Program-made: the position numbers and the translations under genes | Notes under the pieces: model-generated | What the model saw: the letters and a program-made list of their open reading frames with translations, nothing else | Told to the model about the DNA's origin: nothing | Databases searched by the model: none | Shown: piece after piece, positions 47,201-58,000 of the stretch | Position numbering within the stretch: position 1 is the first letter of the stretch | Layout of the letters: each line of letters opens with the position of its first letter | NCBI GenBank assembly: GCA_044892505.1 | Contig: CM097882.1 | Location: forward strand, 66,092,001-66,156,000 | Reading direction: 5' to 3' | DNA: 64,000 nt | Source of the DNA: Schmidtea nova | Lineage: Eukaryota

Positions 47201-47338
47201 TGCGATTTCAGCAAAAAAGTCGTCGAACTTTTCAGGGTCTCCTTTATATGATTCTATTGGTAGTGTTTTTATAAAATTATGACTATTTCCTATGATATCG
47301 TTATTACTGTTGTTACTACTACTTGTACTATTACTCAT
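38249..47338 (-). CDS. 3029-aa Gag-accessory-Env-Pol-membrane protein polyprotein
   Basis: Gag CA at the N-terminus. CYNCQKYGHLAKVC about 46222-46264. UBL about 45460-45700. AT-hook RGRGRPRK about 45201-45227. Bcl-2-like about 44740-45170. Signal about 44580-44645. Glycoprotein MVAYDC about 44578 to TM about 42790. LVDTGA about 42430. YMDD about 41170. RNase H DAS/EKE/TDH about 40300-40760. Integrase HHCC+DDE+GPY about 39100-40090. Second signal about 38967-39015. C-terminal TM about 38366-38435. Confidence 0.95.
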   Translation of the reverse strand: MSNSTSSSNNSNNDIIGNSHNFIKTLPIESYKGDPEKFDDFFAEIAQYAEACGWKTNELKQRIPLYLKGYALQAYNNLLCKGINYQELVTNLRKEIVIDRDLQKINVQKFRSRYQGARESVGEYIYTITELAKKAFGAGDHTSKLIEDQFWNGIQKYLYKALITIEYEDLNELVQKAKRIEAIQRDRFKPEVDAVEVEKQPEVKPELRNKDDSIPWEEMKQLYLNFVNNRRKFSPNRSQSPENRGRFSSPGNKNFDNRNRNNFKDSYQRNNNRDSFRDNRFDRDNDRDNRDNFRDSRSGYNRNSYSGYNKNNRDSRFEYNRRDNRYRDNSRNRQDSPVKRNTYNNDGRDKVNFNGQIKCYNCQKYGHLAKVCNKPRADSPIRVRFKNEPEIKQVNSAELESANKEINILREELKEFKTQYGRLIERKLEMSINEFSTFTNEVDIDNDELKEIRKADEIFLTEENRQKELIEEFKEVLHKQPFDDNETLRVINKIQVNGIDLERLRNLIPMMVKRQNITRVFELEIEIKEMLKCYGEYIRKNEKLHETLNVTIESNDNYFFSIKQKMHTCTKVSKLKRMVRAKWPGTIGEKDVIKLYFNGIELLSDEYLIDYGINPVSDNIVVATVEKQMINEIMTPVPSVELSINEENDFDRLFRLWDKSPSETKKSVMDEEIIFKPIDEKYSNLQETIERIAEEAKTKDAETSKRGRGRPRKSEIIEKSENRKTAERLREIANQHKHEQPEYQDDNNDVNKIKEVIKAMNIKLFPETKPTVLIENITERMMLIKKDTKELATEEANEKTVLKIMFNTGIDKDKIITAMAYLAARYKKLIKENPKEQLEKVATMMFKRLKVEAIPWIKKKGGWKVLYDKDTTNKESDTDEVIKQLIKKATVKPKTESKSITSIVIVIITLLLDLIKGGNAMVAYDCQNPKWGQKYSLLDVENCPEANPTKLIMSEPQIFHVYQESDFIHTEAKECIIKYQEEAYICHVGARTVLKPTWTPEAVILSPIECEDAFKTKKVKYSGHKGIELEARIGAKMRQDVNVVGWTSKGGYCEGGEYTIWGEKLSNVVVRRHYMVELRKFKASFDSSSKKMMIYKFCTLEESYCDTGESMLIYKIDKYDCQLTKLKSLKFREIKGKQFTEVDSKRVRDQKRKTTIVQEKDTPTIYMSESENEAMRFVSKRKSVKCGKEIIQTNYEGIYISKEEVKDAKQKVNKFDVKLASYFNNKIDFFYHNQLVQLDKVYQSTIMSDCKLNREILRTKMAVAVTNPDLMAPIIFSEEGTFARIVGEVIQTFQCKPVSVSLATNNQCTNELPVIYKGERVYLQPITRILTEKTYIPRKIDKCTNLLDPLYKINDEMWISMSDRKEAMKPLKLELIELEKRLEFKEINDMDSNGIYTREAIESARKHMLFPNEKERVLSIMVNRVIEGSYGGNYNFDVLLSKEYFKKVAYKVLYSIWGYFAVLGNMFSTILGIYYTVALLKMICSSLVSLRQLKQVFGNSYKLLACLCPFIAKYLITAKHDKEIRLIKVQRSEERQLLVDDENDEEIIKAHISHEGNVPQQGLYENQREQLKELQENIEIKIPRENKNCHCEPKKIYGCYSLEVETMERLDAANEARPRLRIIINNIIINALVDTGAATSLIREDQLTDDQKRNIMKTTDKVVTLSAHYIPLKGDIELVVETSEQVIHHIFKVVQECNSICILGIDILNKLNNCIIDLTDNTIKRKAIKHKSKFTEVVALEAFELEYECDHIIPIKVNVKSEDTFIFEPETAIIQNQNIMLTNECVIPRKGIIPLRIANYEKSNVKIHKGTKLGKLFKGELEKTYEVSETSVINDNGKRVVEPSKTNSIKSYDKVKINNKYLTITQQAQLQTLIDEYSDVFAKHEFDLGDTDIIKHVIDTGNARPIKQRPYSVPYKLREEIKRQIKELKDAGVIKQSFSQWASPIVPVKKKDGEIRMCIDYRKLNDVTVKDSYPFPKAQEQYDKLRDAKYFSVIDANKGYMQIQMEEGDAEKTAFVIEDGLYEYTRLPFGLTNAPATFQRLMNTILVNVQHCAVYMDDILISSKTFEEHLKDITNVLERLRKARIKIKPTKCKWAESSALFLGHIVTVEGIKPNPEKIEVVKKFPIPKTVQQVQGFLGLTGYYRKFIQDYAKIATPIIELTKGIKTKGECKDVLIVQEINNKVNKIQKKWTKEHQEAFDKLKERLITAPVLRYPNFEKQFIVMKDASGKAVGAVLGQEEEKGKDYVIAYASKTLKGAQLRYSTIEKECYAIVFALKQFKPYIYGTEVIIRTDHKPLEGLWKHKDTSSRLLKWAMKIQDMHLKIIYKPGRINKNADALSRIPELGALEIFALVAEKPIDIYEEQMKDPEINRIRNEIRKENNSKYKISKKLVVIEDFNGKQLIVVPQKLRQILLLQYHDGALGGHLSSRKTASRLLQKYYWEELKKDVKRWCNACTICATRKNTGTKTKAPLHPIPATTSPMELCAMDFLCKLPTTINGNKHILVFSDYFTRWAEAFPTKDETAETVAKLLIEKIIFKIGTPKRLLTDKGTNFTSELIKRVANIFNMQKINTTAYHPQTDGLVERFNGTLLSRLAVFVGKNQNDWDEYISQCTYIHNITPNETTGYSPYYLMFLREPATPIDTIFEPRVSQYLDAPDYVTLMQEKLQEVYKVANLKVKYRQEQYKADYDKNSKPHNFKVGDKVRLMSPQVGKGKTTKLARPYKGPYEVVKVINENLHLQKHKNEDPIVVHVNRCKLAEAEVTIDKPHKYNLRSHNKLIISAIFLTIITIVGSTETIEFDRVLIKISTNEVRAFIINRGVIDLYMQTTNGKSPKMIKGKDDRTTNEIERGNYINFTKLTPNTIYKICIQRNTDTTTWRCKEIKTEQLPKDIIKNQNITKSTTTTSNNRLNTTLHTNETPTSTGIAKLQKQYNAKKQKQEPIKIRQGRPIVIHNLEELQAFRKKDKNPHWPFYVITTSIIALAVLALITSVQVYKKYKWKRQRYRSQLVRNVPGHFHLGKYIPGEYSRSTLV

Positions 47339-47560
47339 GTTGTAGATTGTTCTATTTCTTAATTGATGTATTATTTCAGGTGCTGTATCTATGTTTATTT
47401 TATTAGCTTTTTTAATGGTTTTAGTTCTTTATATGTTTGTATATCTTTGAATTTCTACTTTGGTCAATAATATTTAGATAAATATATTTTCCCGATATAT
47501 ATTACAATATCCCTCTGATCGCAATTCCTATCCCCCAATTGATATTATGATATTTTATTG

Positions 47561-47578
47561 TCCCGGTTCGCGGCACCA
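47561..47578 (-). promoter_or_regulatory. Primer-binding site TGGTGCCGCGAACCGGGA
   Basis: 18 nt beginning TGG, 2 nt inside the 5' LTR end. It resembles tRNA-Phe/His type PBS; the tRNA was not assigned. Confidence 0.88.
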
Positions 47579-47580
47579 AA

Positions 47581-48640
47581 TGTTGAGGTTCCAAATATTT
47601 GCTATTTGCAATCTCAACTTGTTATTGGGGTGATTCTTATATAAATATCAAAAGCAAAGTTTGTTTTTCAAAAGTTTATTAATACAATAAAATTACTTTT
47701 TATATCGTTTACAATTTTCTACGAATAACTCAAATTCTTTATTACACAAATTTAAAAAGAAAAAGTCGTATCAAATCAATTCTTGCAATTGAACCTATTG
47801 GGTGACTGTTATGTAGTGCGTGCTATATTTAATTGTGGATCCAATGTTTCTGATCCGGGTTTTAATAAGTTATTCAAGATTGCCTTGAAAACTCAATTTG
47901 CGCTAATTTTAAATCTTGATTTTACACTAGATTTTAAAGCTAGGATTTTTTTGGGCGTTTTTACTGATTTTTTCTTTAGTTTATATAGTAAAATTTGGTA
48001 TGGATAAATAATTTAATTTCCGGTCTGATATTAAAATATTATTAAATTTAGTTTTCAATTTATTCTATACTCTGCGATTAAAATAATTATATTTTAATTT
48101 CCTGTCTTGTCGTGATATTAAAATTTTCAATTTATTTATTCTGTGATATAATTATATTTTAATTTCCTGCCTTGTCACGATATCAAAATTTCCAAATTAT
48201 TTCGTATTCTGTGATATTAAAATATTATCCAGATTTAATTATTTTTAAATAACTGAATTAAATTATTTTATTTATTGATCTGTTTGTTTTATATGTATAT
48301 ACAACTCATAAAATAATAAAATCAATAAAATCAAGATACACCTAAAATAATAAAAGGAATAAAATCAAGATACACCTATTTTATATGTACATGCAAATCA
48401 TAAACTACACATCAAGATATATTAAAAGAAAACAAATGTTTGTTGAGAAATGTCACAATAATAAAATGTCACAATCATATTAATTTTCTTGATGGGAGTT
48501 GCAATCTTTGTTGTGTGGCTTGGATTGGGATTCTGTGTATTGGGATTCCGCGTAAATGTTGATCCTATAGCTGTTAGGCCCTGTCCTATAATATTTATTT
48601 AGGACAAATGCTTGGATGGGCTTCCCTCGATCATCCAACA
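47581..48640 (-). repeat. 5' LTR (1060 bp)
   Basis: Followed on the minus strand by the PBS and on the plus strand by TSD GAGA. Confidence 0.96.
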
Positions 48641-51600
48641 GAGAGATGGGCAACAATTTAAGAAATCCCAAAGACAGAATGATATGTTTTCATTCAACCG
48701 TTACTTACAGGTAAAGCCCTGGAAGCCATGTGAAGACTATCGACAGAAGAATCAAAAAACTACGAGGTGATAAAAGGCACCATTATGAAAAGATTCAACA
48801 AATCCCCAGAAGAACACAGAAAAGCTTTCAGGTCCTCGCGAAAAGCTAATAACGAGATTCACGCCGAATGCCTCAACCGATTGAACGTATAGATTGAAAG
48901 ATGGTTTAAGTCAAGTTACACAAAAGAGATACAGAACATCAAAAACGTTATCATACAAGTGCAGTTTATGCGAAACATAAACAAACGGATCAGGACATGA
49001 CTTGAAGAACACGACAATTCGGACGTCCTAAAGATGGCGCTAGCGGCCGACAGATACGAAAACGCACACAAATTCGAAACTGATACTCCGAAAACCTCAC
49101 AGTGGAGACCCAGGCAATTCCCAGACCCAAACAGAGGACTAAGACAATGCTACACATGCGGAAGTAATGCACATCTAGCTAGAGAATGTCCAAAACGAAA
49201 CGCAAATTCAGTCAAACTGAAACACGTGAGTATTCCTAACAAATATATATTTAACGGGATCATTGCAGGCAAGCCGATAGAAATGTTCAGACATACGTGC
49301 GCGTCATCGGCGGTTGTTCATCCGATGTTCGTAAAACAGTCAAAATACGTAGACAAGACAGTGAACGTCATGTTGGCCGACGGGAACTCAACCAAAGCCC
49401 TAATCACCAGATTAAATATCTCAGTCGAGAATGTACGGCTCACGATAGAAGCACTGATCATGAGTAGTAAACACGGAGTATTACTAGGAAACAATCTAGA
49501 CGAGTTTTGCGAGGCTATCACCAGATCAAACAATAAAAATCATTTAGCGACGAGAATAGTAGCCGATAAAGAAGAACAAATATTAAACCCGAACCCAAAG
49601 AACATATTCGACAACGATACACTCAAAGCACCAGATTACTAGAAATACGTGGAAGGAAGTAAAGGGAAAACAGTCCCCGAAGTTGATCAATCTATCTTCG
49701 ACATAAATACGATTAACCTACACAAATCTCAAATGGATGACGAATCCCTGGATAAGTACACTAACGAAGCAAACAAATAATGCCAAAGTACCAAACTGTC
49801 GATAGAAAATGGTATACTGATGTACACAGAAAACGCAAAAAAAGCCTGTGATTCCCAAACAAAATTGAGAAAAACTACTGAAAATAGCTAACGAAATCCC
49901 ACTATCAGGACACCTGGGAAATAGGAAGACCAGATACAAGCTGAGAAAATTCTTCTTTTGGCCAAACAGCATAGAAGACGTCCAAAAATGGTGGAAGAGC
50001 TGCCCACAGTTCCAGAAATCAAGATGAATAGAGAAAGCACATAGAGCACCCTTGATAAGAACCCCCCTATTGGCGAACATTTCTTCAGAGTTGGCAAGGA
50101 TATAGTGGGCCGCTAAACCTATCAAACGATCGAAACAGATTCATTTTGACAATGATAGACCACGCAACCAGATACCCAGAGGCGATAGCGATACCAGATA
50201 TGAGGGCAGAAAAGGTCTCAAAAGCAATGTGCCATTTTTTCTGCCGAGTGGGTATACCGTCCAAAATTCTAACAGACCAAGGATCAAATTTCATGAGTGA
50301 GGTTATTAAACAGGTATACCAGCTCCTAGGAACAACGCGCATCAAAACCTCCCCATATCAACCGCAAACTAACACGATATGCGAAAGATTCAACGGAACA
50401 CTGAAGTCAATGCTCCGAAGATTGCTAGCCGATTCCAAAGGGAAGGATTGGGACACGTACTTGCCATATCTCTGCTTTGCCTACAGGTCGAGTCCGCACT
50501 AGAATATCGAATTCAGCCCCTTCGAGCTACTGTACGGCCACCAGGTTCAAGGGTCCTTATCGATGGTATATAGATAAATGCTGAATATCCCGGAAAGAGA
50601 AACATCAATCAATACATTTGTACATGTATACTCGACCGATAAAATGAACTAAGTAATGGAGATCAAACAACAAAAAGACGACGCCTCTAAAGAAAAATTA
50701 AAGAAATAGTACGGCAAGAACTCAAGAACCACAACCTTCGACATAGGAAGTGAGGAAGTTCTCGTCCTCTTACCGACATCTTCGACAAAAATACTATCGG
50801 GATGGCACGGACCATGCAGAATCGTCAACAAAATAAGTGATGTCATCTATATAGTAGACACCGGCCGAACTAGAAAACGACTGTGGACCTTTCATGTAAA
50901 CCTTTTACGAAAGTGGCATTGCCAAGAAGAAGCAATCATATAAGCGCTGATCGCCGACGAAGGCAGGACCGAAACCGAGACTGTTACAATAAACCCGGAA
51001 GCGAACACCAAGACCATACAAATCGTTAAACAACTTGTCAACGAATACAGCACCGTGTTTTCTTCTCTACCAAGCCTGACTAACGAAGCAGAATTCAATA
51101 TAAATCTGACGAACGAAACGCCAATCAATCAAAGCCCATACCAACTTCCGCATTCACTTAGAGATAATATGAACGAAGAAATTCAAAGCCTACTCAAGCT
51201 AAAAATCATTGAAAAGTCAAATAGCCCATGAGCAAGTCCAGCTCTTTTCGTAAAGAAAAATGATAATCTGAGGTTAGATCAGGACTATAGGAAGATAAAC
51301 TCGGTTACAATATTTGATAGTTATCCGATGCCAGAAATCGAAAAGGTAATCGATTGAGTAGGAAACGCGAAGATCATGAGCACGATAGACCTGACTAAAG
51401 GATGTTATCAGATACCGATAAAAGATAAAGACAGACCCAAAAAGTGCGTTAACAACACTATTCGGATTATTCCAATTCACAAGGATGAGTTTCGGATTCA
51501 AAAATGCTCCAGCTTGCTACAAAAAAATGATGGATAAACTATTCCAAAACTTATCAGGAACGTCAGTGTTCCTCGATGATCTCATTATCTACTCCTCAAC

Positions 51601-54600
51601 AGTCTAGAAACATATCCGAATACTACAGACAGTTTTAGAGACCCTACAAAGAGCTAATCTAACCCTAAATCCAAAGAAATGCAAACTAATGATGTTGAAA
51701 ACCAAGTTCCTAGGGAAATTAGTCGTAAACGGAGAGGTGTCACCGATTTCGGAAAAATTGATGCAATCAAAAGAGCATCCAGGCCAAAGACAAAGAAAAA
51801 ATTACGACGATTCCTCGGTATGATCAACTACTACCGAAGCCATATCAAAGACCTATAAAAAACTGATTATCTGAACGAGAAACTAAAGAATGGAGCCTCA
51901 AACCGAATAAAATGAAACAAACAAAGCAAAAAAGTCTTTAGCGACCTAAGAGATCACTAACAGAAGCGCCAGTACTCATATCGGCAGACGACGAGAAAAC
52001 ATTTTACGTGCAAACCAACGAGTCCAGCCGAGCCATATGAGCCGTTTTATCCCAAATTATAGAGACAAAGGAACACCCGATCACGTTTCGATCCAAGAAA
52101 CTTTCGGAACCCCAGATCCGATGGTCAACAATCGAGAAAGAGCTGTACGCGATAGTATACGCACTGGAGCAATTCCGTTATTACCTATATGGTCGCAAAT
52201 TCGTAACCCAAATGGATCATAAGCCCCTAAAATGGCTCGCAGGTCTAAAAATCAGGAACAGTAAAATCTCAAGATGGAGCCTCCTACTCCAAGACTACGA
52301 ATTCGAAATCCAGTACAAGAAGGGTACCGAGAACACAAACTCCGATTACCTCAATCGACTTGAAGAAACCCAAGCCGTGGATAGGGACGGATGTTACAGT
52401 TTAGAATTAATTACTAATTAATTCTAAATCGATTTCATCATCTTTAAACATTTTTGTTTAAATAAGCATTTTTTGATAAAAATGCACATTTGAAAAACGT
52501 GTCTTATTTATTGTCGTAACACAGATGAGCCAGTTTTTCTTCTTAGGATTATTGGAAAATCCCATCCTCGAGGGCCTGAAGATCCTACAAATGTTCTCAC
52601 GTAATAATACATTGTGTTTCGATTAAAAATGTGATGGGCGCATGAAATAAAATTTTGTTGTTTAACTTTGGCTGCAGTCATAGAATTAAATGTATAATGT
52701 AAACCGGATTAAGACCGTTTTCCGGGCCAATTTCTTTTATTTTACATGAACAATTCAGCGACTAAAGATTTATCATAAAATATATTCTTATTTATTTCAG
52801 CATGACCGAAGGTCCGACAGTGCAAACAGAAATCGACAAGACTCGAAGGATCTGGAAGAGCCTGGAACAGGATATCAAGCACTGAAATGCTCAAGCGACC
52901 AGACTTGATACCCAGAACCAATACCTTAAGTAAACGTGGTTTATGTCACCACAAATGGAGGAACAGATTGGACGCACCAAACGCGCTCAGCGGGCCGTTT
53001 CTGAGACGAAACTTGAACTCGAGGCTACAAAAATATAGCTGTGCAAGTGTCTTCTGTCAGTGATCAAATCCGTCGTCGAGACCGAATTGAAGGTGTGCAA
53101 CCGCCCAATTACGTTACAACATTGGTCCGATCAACAGAAAACGTCTTGTTCAGTGGGAACTGACATGAGAGATATGGCCGAGTTCGCACCCAATACCTAC
53201 GACAAGCCAAAGGAGATACTAGTGAAGCCGACTGGGGCCGACTAAACGCATTGGTTCAAAAGGGCGACGCCAAAAGAAGTTACTCTACCAGTGGTTCAAG
53301 GCTCAAATCGACCGATTGGATGATCTCTCTGCATTGGACTTGCTGGCGGAGGTCCTCCCACTAGGCACTGACTCAGCGGATTTTATGTATTTGTCTCCCA
53401 GTGTTGACTTGTATTTAGCGTTAAGGACATAAAACAAAAAATTTAAGATTTTAATTAATGAAATAACTAAGAAATCTTTCTTTTGTGGGTGTTTACCAGG
53501 AATTAATTAAATACCATATTGAAAAGGTGTTAACATGAATATATAAACAGGCGAAAGCGTAAGACCTTCTAACGGCCACCAGAACCCATTGAAGAAAGTG
53601 GGGGAGGAGTAGTCGTTGCAAATGGGCTCACATGTCCTCAATCCATGCATCTTCGTACACAGTTCCAACATGGTCACCGGGGGAATTACCATGGGTGTGC
53701 GAGCGGGATAGATACACATTTATGTTGTGGTCTGGGTTAAATTTGTTAGGTATTTATTGTTAAGTCGGTTTTTATCTGACTCCTCAGTGTTCTTATTAAG
53801 ATCAATGAACAAGACCCAACACAGTAACCTTTATTAATAATCAATCTAATACACAATTACCTTTACAAATTATTTTATGTTTAACTGCTTTTCAGATTAT
53901 TCACTAACGCACAAGGATACGTCTCCCAACGGCAGATGTCCCTTTCTGGTACCCGTGTTAACAAATAAATTTTAATTTGATGATCACTGACCTCGTTTCT
54001 CTTTTTACTTTTCACAATATTTCCTTTCATCAAGATGTTTTTCTTTTCTTCGACCGTAACTGGCAATTCTGCTGTTTTTGTCTCTCTTTTTATATAAAAT
54101 TTTTGAGAACTGTTCTATTTTTTTTCGGTAAATTGCCCGTTAAGACCATTAAACCGTCAATTTTTAATACCGAAATGCCAGTCTCCACTCTGAGGCAATT
54201 AAAATGCTAATTCAGATTTATTGTCATTTGCCTGGAACATTAATTTTCAAAGCAATTTACTTGCTACATCGGGTTTTTCTCATCGCTAGGGTTCTCCATT
54301 GGCTCGAGTTTTACGTTAGCTCGGGCTTTCCATTAGCCAATTAATTCTTAATTAATATTTTAATATTTTAATTATTTTTTTCTGGGGACCCCTCATCGTT
54401 TTGATTTTCATATATTTGAATTCGTCTAATCAATCGGCGTACACCAATACCAACTTTCCCTTTGTGTTGATTTTCCATTTTATTAATTTTTTAATTAATG
54501 TTTTTGTATTTTAATTAATTTGTAGATTTTTGTTTTTTTATTAATTTCTATTTAATTTTTTTAAATTTTCACTTTCTTTTTGAGTCACTTCTGCCAAACC

Positions 54601-55001
54601 CCAACACATTCATCCCATATGATACCTTCAATCGTCGATGTCCACACCAGAACACCAACACATAATAGGTTTTGTGGGTATTCAATTTTGTTAGAGTTTT
54701 CCCATGATGTAAATGCTAAAGAGTTTGATTTGGTAATGCCATGTTTTTTGGAGTTTGTGACTGTCGTTACTGATCCTTTGTAACAATATACGTATTTAGT
54801 AACAGCCGATACTTCACACACAAGTAAATAAAATTAGCAGTTAGTCATATCACAATATTTAATTTAATTTAAATAAGAATTTTTATTTAAATAATTATGA
54901 AATTATATTGAAATTGTGTATATAAATTATTAACAAAAATTGATAATTATATGTTTGTTTAAATATTAAAACTTTTTCTACTTCGTTATACAGTTAAAAT
55001 T

Positions 55002-58000
55002 ATGAACGATGTAAAATTTTTAATTTTTAACAACTTAATGCCAAAATTACTTATGTTATTGGATTTTAGCATTAGATATATTATTCTATATAATATAATA
55101 TACATTTCTCTTTTATTAGTTCGATAACGTCAATGTATGCAAATATTTTGTTGCTCGCAAAAACCGGTATTGTAGGGGAATGACTAAACATTCAAATGAA
55201 TTCTGTCCTGAGCATTCAATTGATCATCAAGTACACACAAATACTATTTCTACCAAATATATTATATTTATGTTTTTTTCCAGTCAGATAATTCTATGAA
55301 ACGAATAATTTGCCCAGTTGATAATAAACAGTGAGTTTTTAATGTAAAATCAAATAGTTAAAAATTGTTGTAAAGCTCGGTTTATGAGCATAAACTAATA
55401 CAGCATTTGAAAGTATGCAATGCAAACATTCCAACAAAGAAGGTAATTAATAAAATCCAAGCTATCATTGTTTAGTGGGTGAATTAGCCATTTTATTCGA
55501 AACAAATCAATTCTGGCTCAGAATCTGAATTAGAAGACGATTTCAACAATATAAAGCTGAGCGATGTAAATGTGGAGGAAATCAAGCAAATTATCAATTT
55601 GATTATCGAAATTAGAAAAAGTGATTTTTATTCTTATTTCAGCTAATATCCAAAATTTGAACAAATTATTATAATAAATTGAATAAATCAAGTATAAAAT
55701 GCCCTTTTTATTTTTATATTTTCTACTTGTGCTAAATACTAATCACAAAATTGATACCGGACTAAATAATTTTTATCTAAAAATTAACCGAGTCTTAAGG
55801 GCTAAGATTGCAAGTAATTGGAGTTTTTCCGTATTATTTGAACGCTTATTTTAATAGAAAATAACACGATCATAAAAAAAGTTTCTTTTCGATTTCTTAT
55901 GACTGGCGCGTTTATTTTGATCTCATTAGTACCGCAAAAGAAACCCGATTCCGGCTGGAATATAACACAATCAGAGTCTGGTCCCTCCGCTACCGAACAT
56001 TGAGCCTCTTTAATTGCTTACCTCCATCGAATAACTTGAAATGTGTTTATACGCATTTGGAGTGATAGAGAGATGACACGAGCTGCCAAAGCTCCTAGTT
56101 TGCAACATATCAAATGTATTTATTATTCTTTGACGAAATCTTCACACCTCATTTATACTGCAAGGCTTCCTCGATGAAACTTTTGACATTATTCGTTTTT
56201 TCATGCTTTTCCACGTTTTTTATACCTCTTGGTAACTCGCTAAAATTTTTATAGGTTAAATAACAGATTCGAATACCAATAGAGTTTTTATTATAATCTT
56301 AAGAGTCATTTACTCTTACAAAAATAGAAAGAAATCTGCAATCCCAACGATTCTACACTTGAATGTGTTATTTGATAGGGTCAGCATATTTACTCGGATC
56401 TTCTGTTTTTATCAATTGTTCGATTTCCATTGCTTGGACTATTTATTTCTCGACAAAATGTGACGATATTCAGTTTCAGTAATTAATTTTATAAGCCATT
56501 TCAGGGGTTTCATACTGAGGGCCTCCAAACAAGCTCTAAAATAGGGCTGGGAAACTTTTTAAACAAGGGCTGTATTAACCGGTCTTGTGCATGACATTGG
56601 AGTCGGTTCTCCCAGGTTTGATTTTGAAATGATAAATCTTTTATTTATTGTTTTCGCGTTCGTTACTCTTCCCCATATTTTTTAAAGCCCTTCAGAAATA
56701 GAAAGGTTGATTTAATCACTTTTTAAACATGTAAAACTTATTTATTATTCTCTCTTACGTTTAATATCCTCCACTATCTGACCAGGTGCTATTGGTTATA
56801 AATTATCAATACTCTTATATAGAACCCTCAATAATAAGAACTCTTGAACCCTCAACAATTTTTAAAACATAGCTGTCATTGGTTTGAAATGTGATAGTTC
56901 AGTTTTGACAATCATAATAAATAAAAACGGACTTGTAACCAAATCATTCACGGGCCGTAGTTTGCTCATCCCTGCTCTAAGACATGAAAAAGTGAATGAT
57001 ACAACGATAGTAAACATTTTTGAAAGATATTTATTAATCATAAAATATATTGTTTTGTAGTTAACAGAGTTTATTTAAATATAATAATAAGGTAACAGTG
57101 TTAACACTGTCTCCGCAATGTTTATTTGATGCAATATTTCAATTTTAAAAATACTATGATCACAACAAAGCAAAATTATTTCTGAATATTTTCCATCTCG
57201 TGAATTCTGATTCAATATAAGTTATTTAAACAAAATAAAACTCATCCTCGAGATAAATTAAAATTTTATGTTAAATTAAAATTTTTATTAATCCTCAACA
57301 AATTAAAAAATTATATACAGAAATTTAAATGATAAATATTCTCGAAAATAAATCTTATTTTTAATTTTTTCTATAGCTATTTCTGGCCCAGATTGAAATA
57401 TAAATTGTTTTGTTAGCTGAGTTTATTAAAATATTAAAATAATCATAATTATCTTTTGGTTTCAATTTTTTCTTGGTTGTTAGATACACAATATTTCGGA
57501 ACAGCCTTTATCAACTGTATATTTCCAAAAAAATAATTTATTTTTGATGTTTAGTCATCCAATTATTAACCCTTCGCTGCATCGTGTATCAAATTTGTTA
57601 CATTGCCAAAAGTTAGTGTTAAAACGTCCTTTAAAAAATATAAGAAACCATTCGTTGTTGTTACTGATTAGTTACATTCATAACTCACGTATATAGTTCA
57701 TAATTTAGCCACAAGAGGTGCTATGAACGTTATTTTTCTTCTAATGTTTAGAGTAAGATACAATAAAAATGATTTTTTTTACTAAAAATAAAAAATTCAT
57801 GCAATGAAGGGTTAATATAAAAATATAGATTTTAAATACTAAAATTATAACAAGTAAATTGAAAAGAATTTCATATTGGAGTGGTCAGGATATTTTAAAG
57901 ATCGAAAACATTGCGGAGAAAGGCTTAACACGTTTACTTTATTATTATATTTATTAATTATCAATGGAAAAGGCAGTAAGACTAATATTTTAAAAATATT

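Larger units (their letters stand above)
35033..48640 (-). mobile_element. Intact 13,608-bp envelope-bearing Ty3/Gypsy-type LTR element
   Basis: Two 1060-bp LTRs (TGTTG...CAACA) and a 4-bp TSD GAGA on both sides. Removing the element plus one GAGA restores TTC GAG AGA TGG (FERW) in the host gag. PBS, PPT and two long ORFs are present. Confidence 0.97.
34431..52521 (+). mobile_element. Decayed Gmr1-like Gypsy LTR retrotransposon (gag-PR-IN-RT-RH), interrupted by the 13.6-kb element
   Basis: 130-bp LTRs at 34431-34560 and 52392-52521 (8 mismatches counted, about 94%). TSD CAGAT on both sides. PPT gatagggacgga. gag at 34570-35032 plus 48641-49200 (YLEGFER|W...QPLLTGKA). PR about 49230-49540. 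IN about 49700-50920 (MIDHATRYPEA, TDQGSNF, CERFNGTLK). RT about 51040-51720. RNase H about 51950-52370. Many stops. Confidence 0.92.

Noticed and set aside
36068-47282. Numerous plus-strand ORFs and the Ile/Glu-rich 46324-46662 ORF within the 13.6-kb element
   Set aside because: Antisense or off-frame shadows of ORF1 and ORF2, with no motifs.
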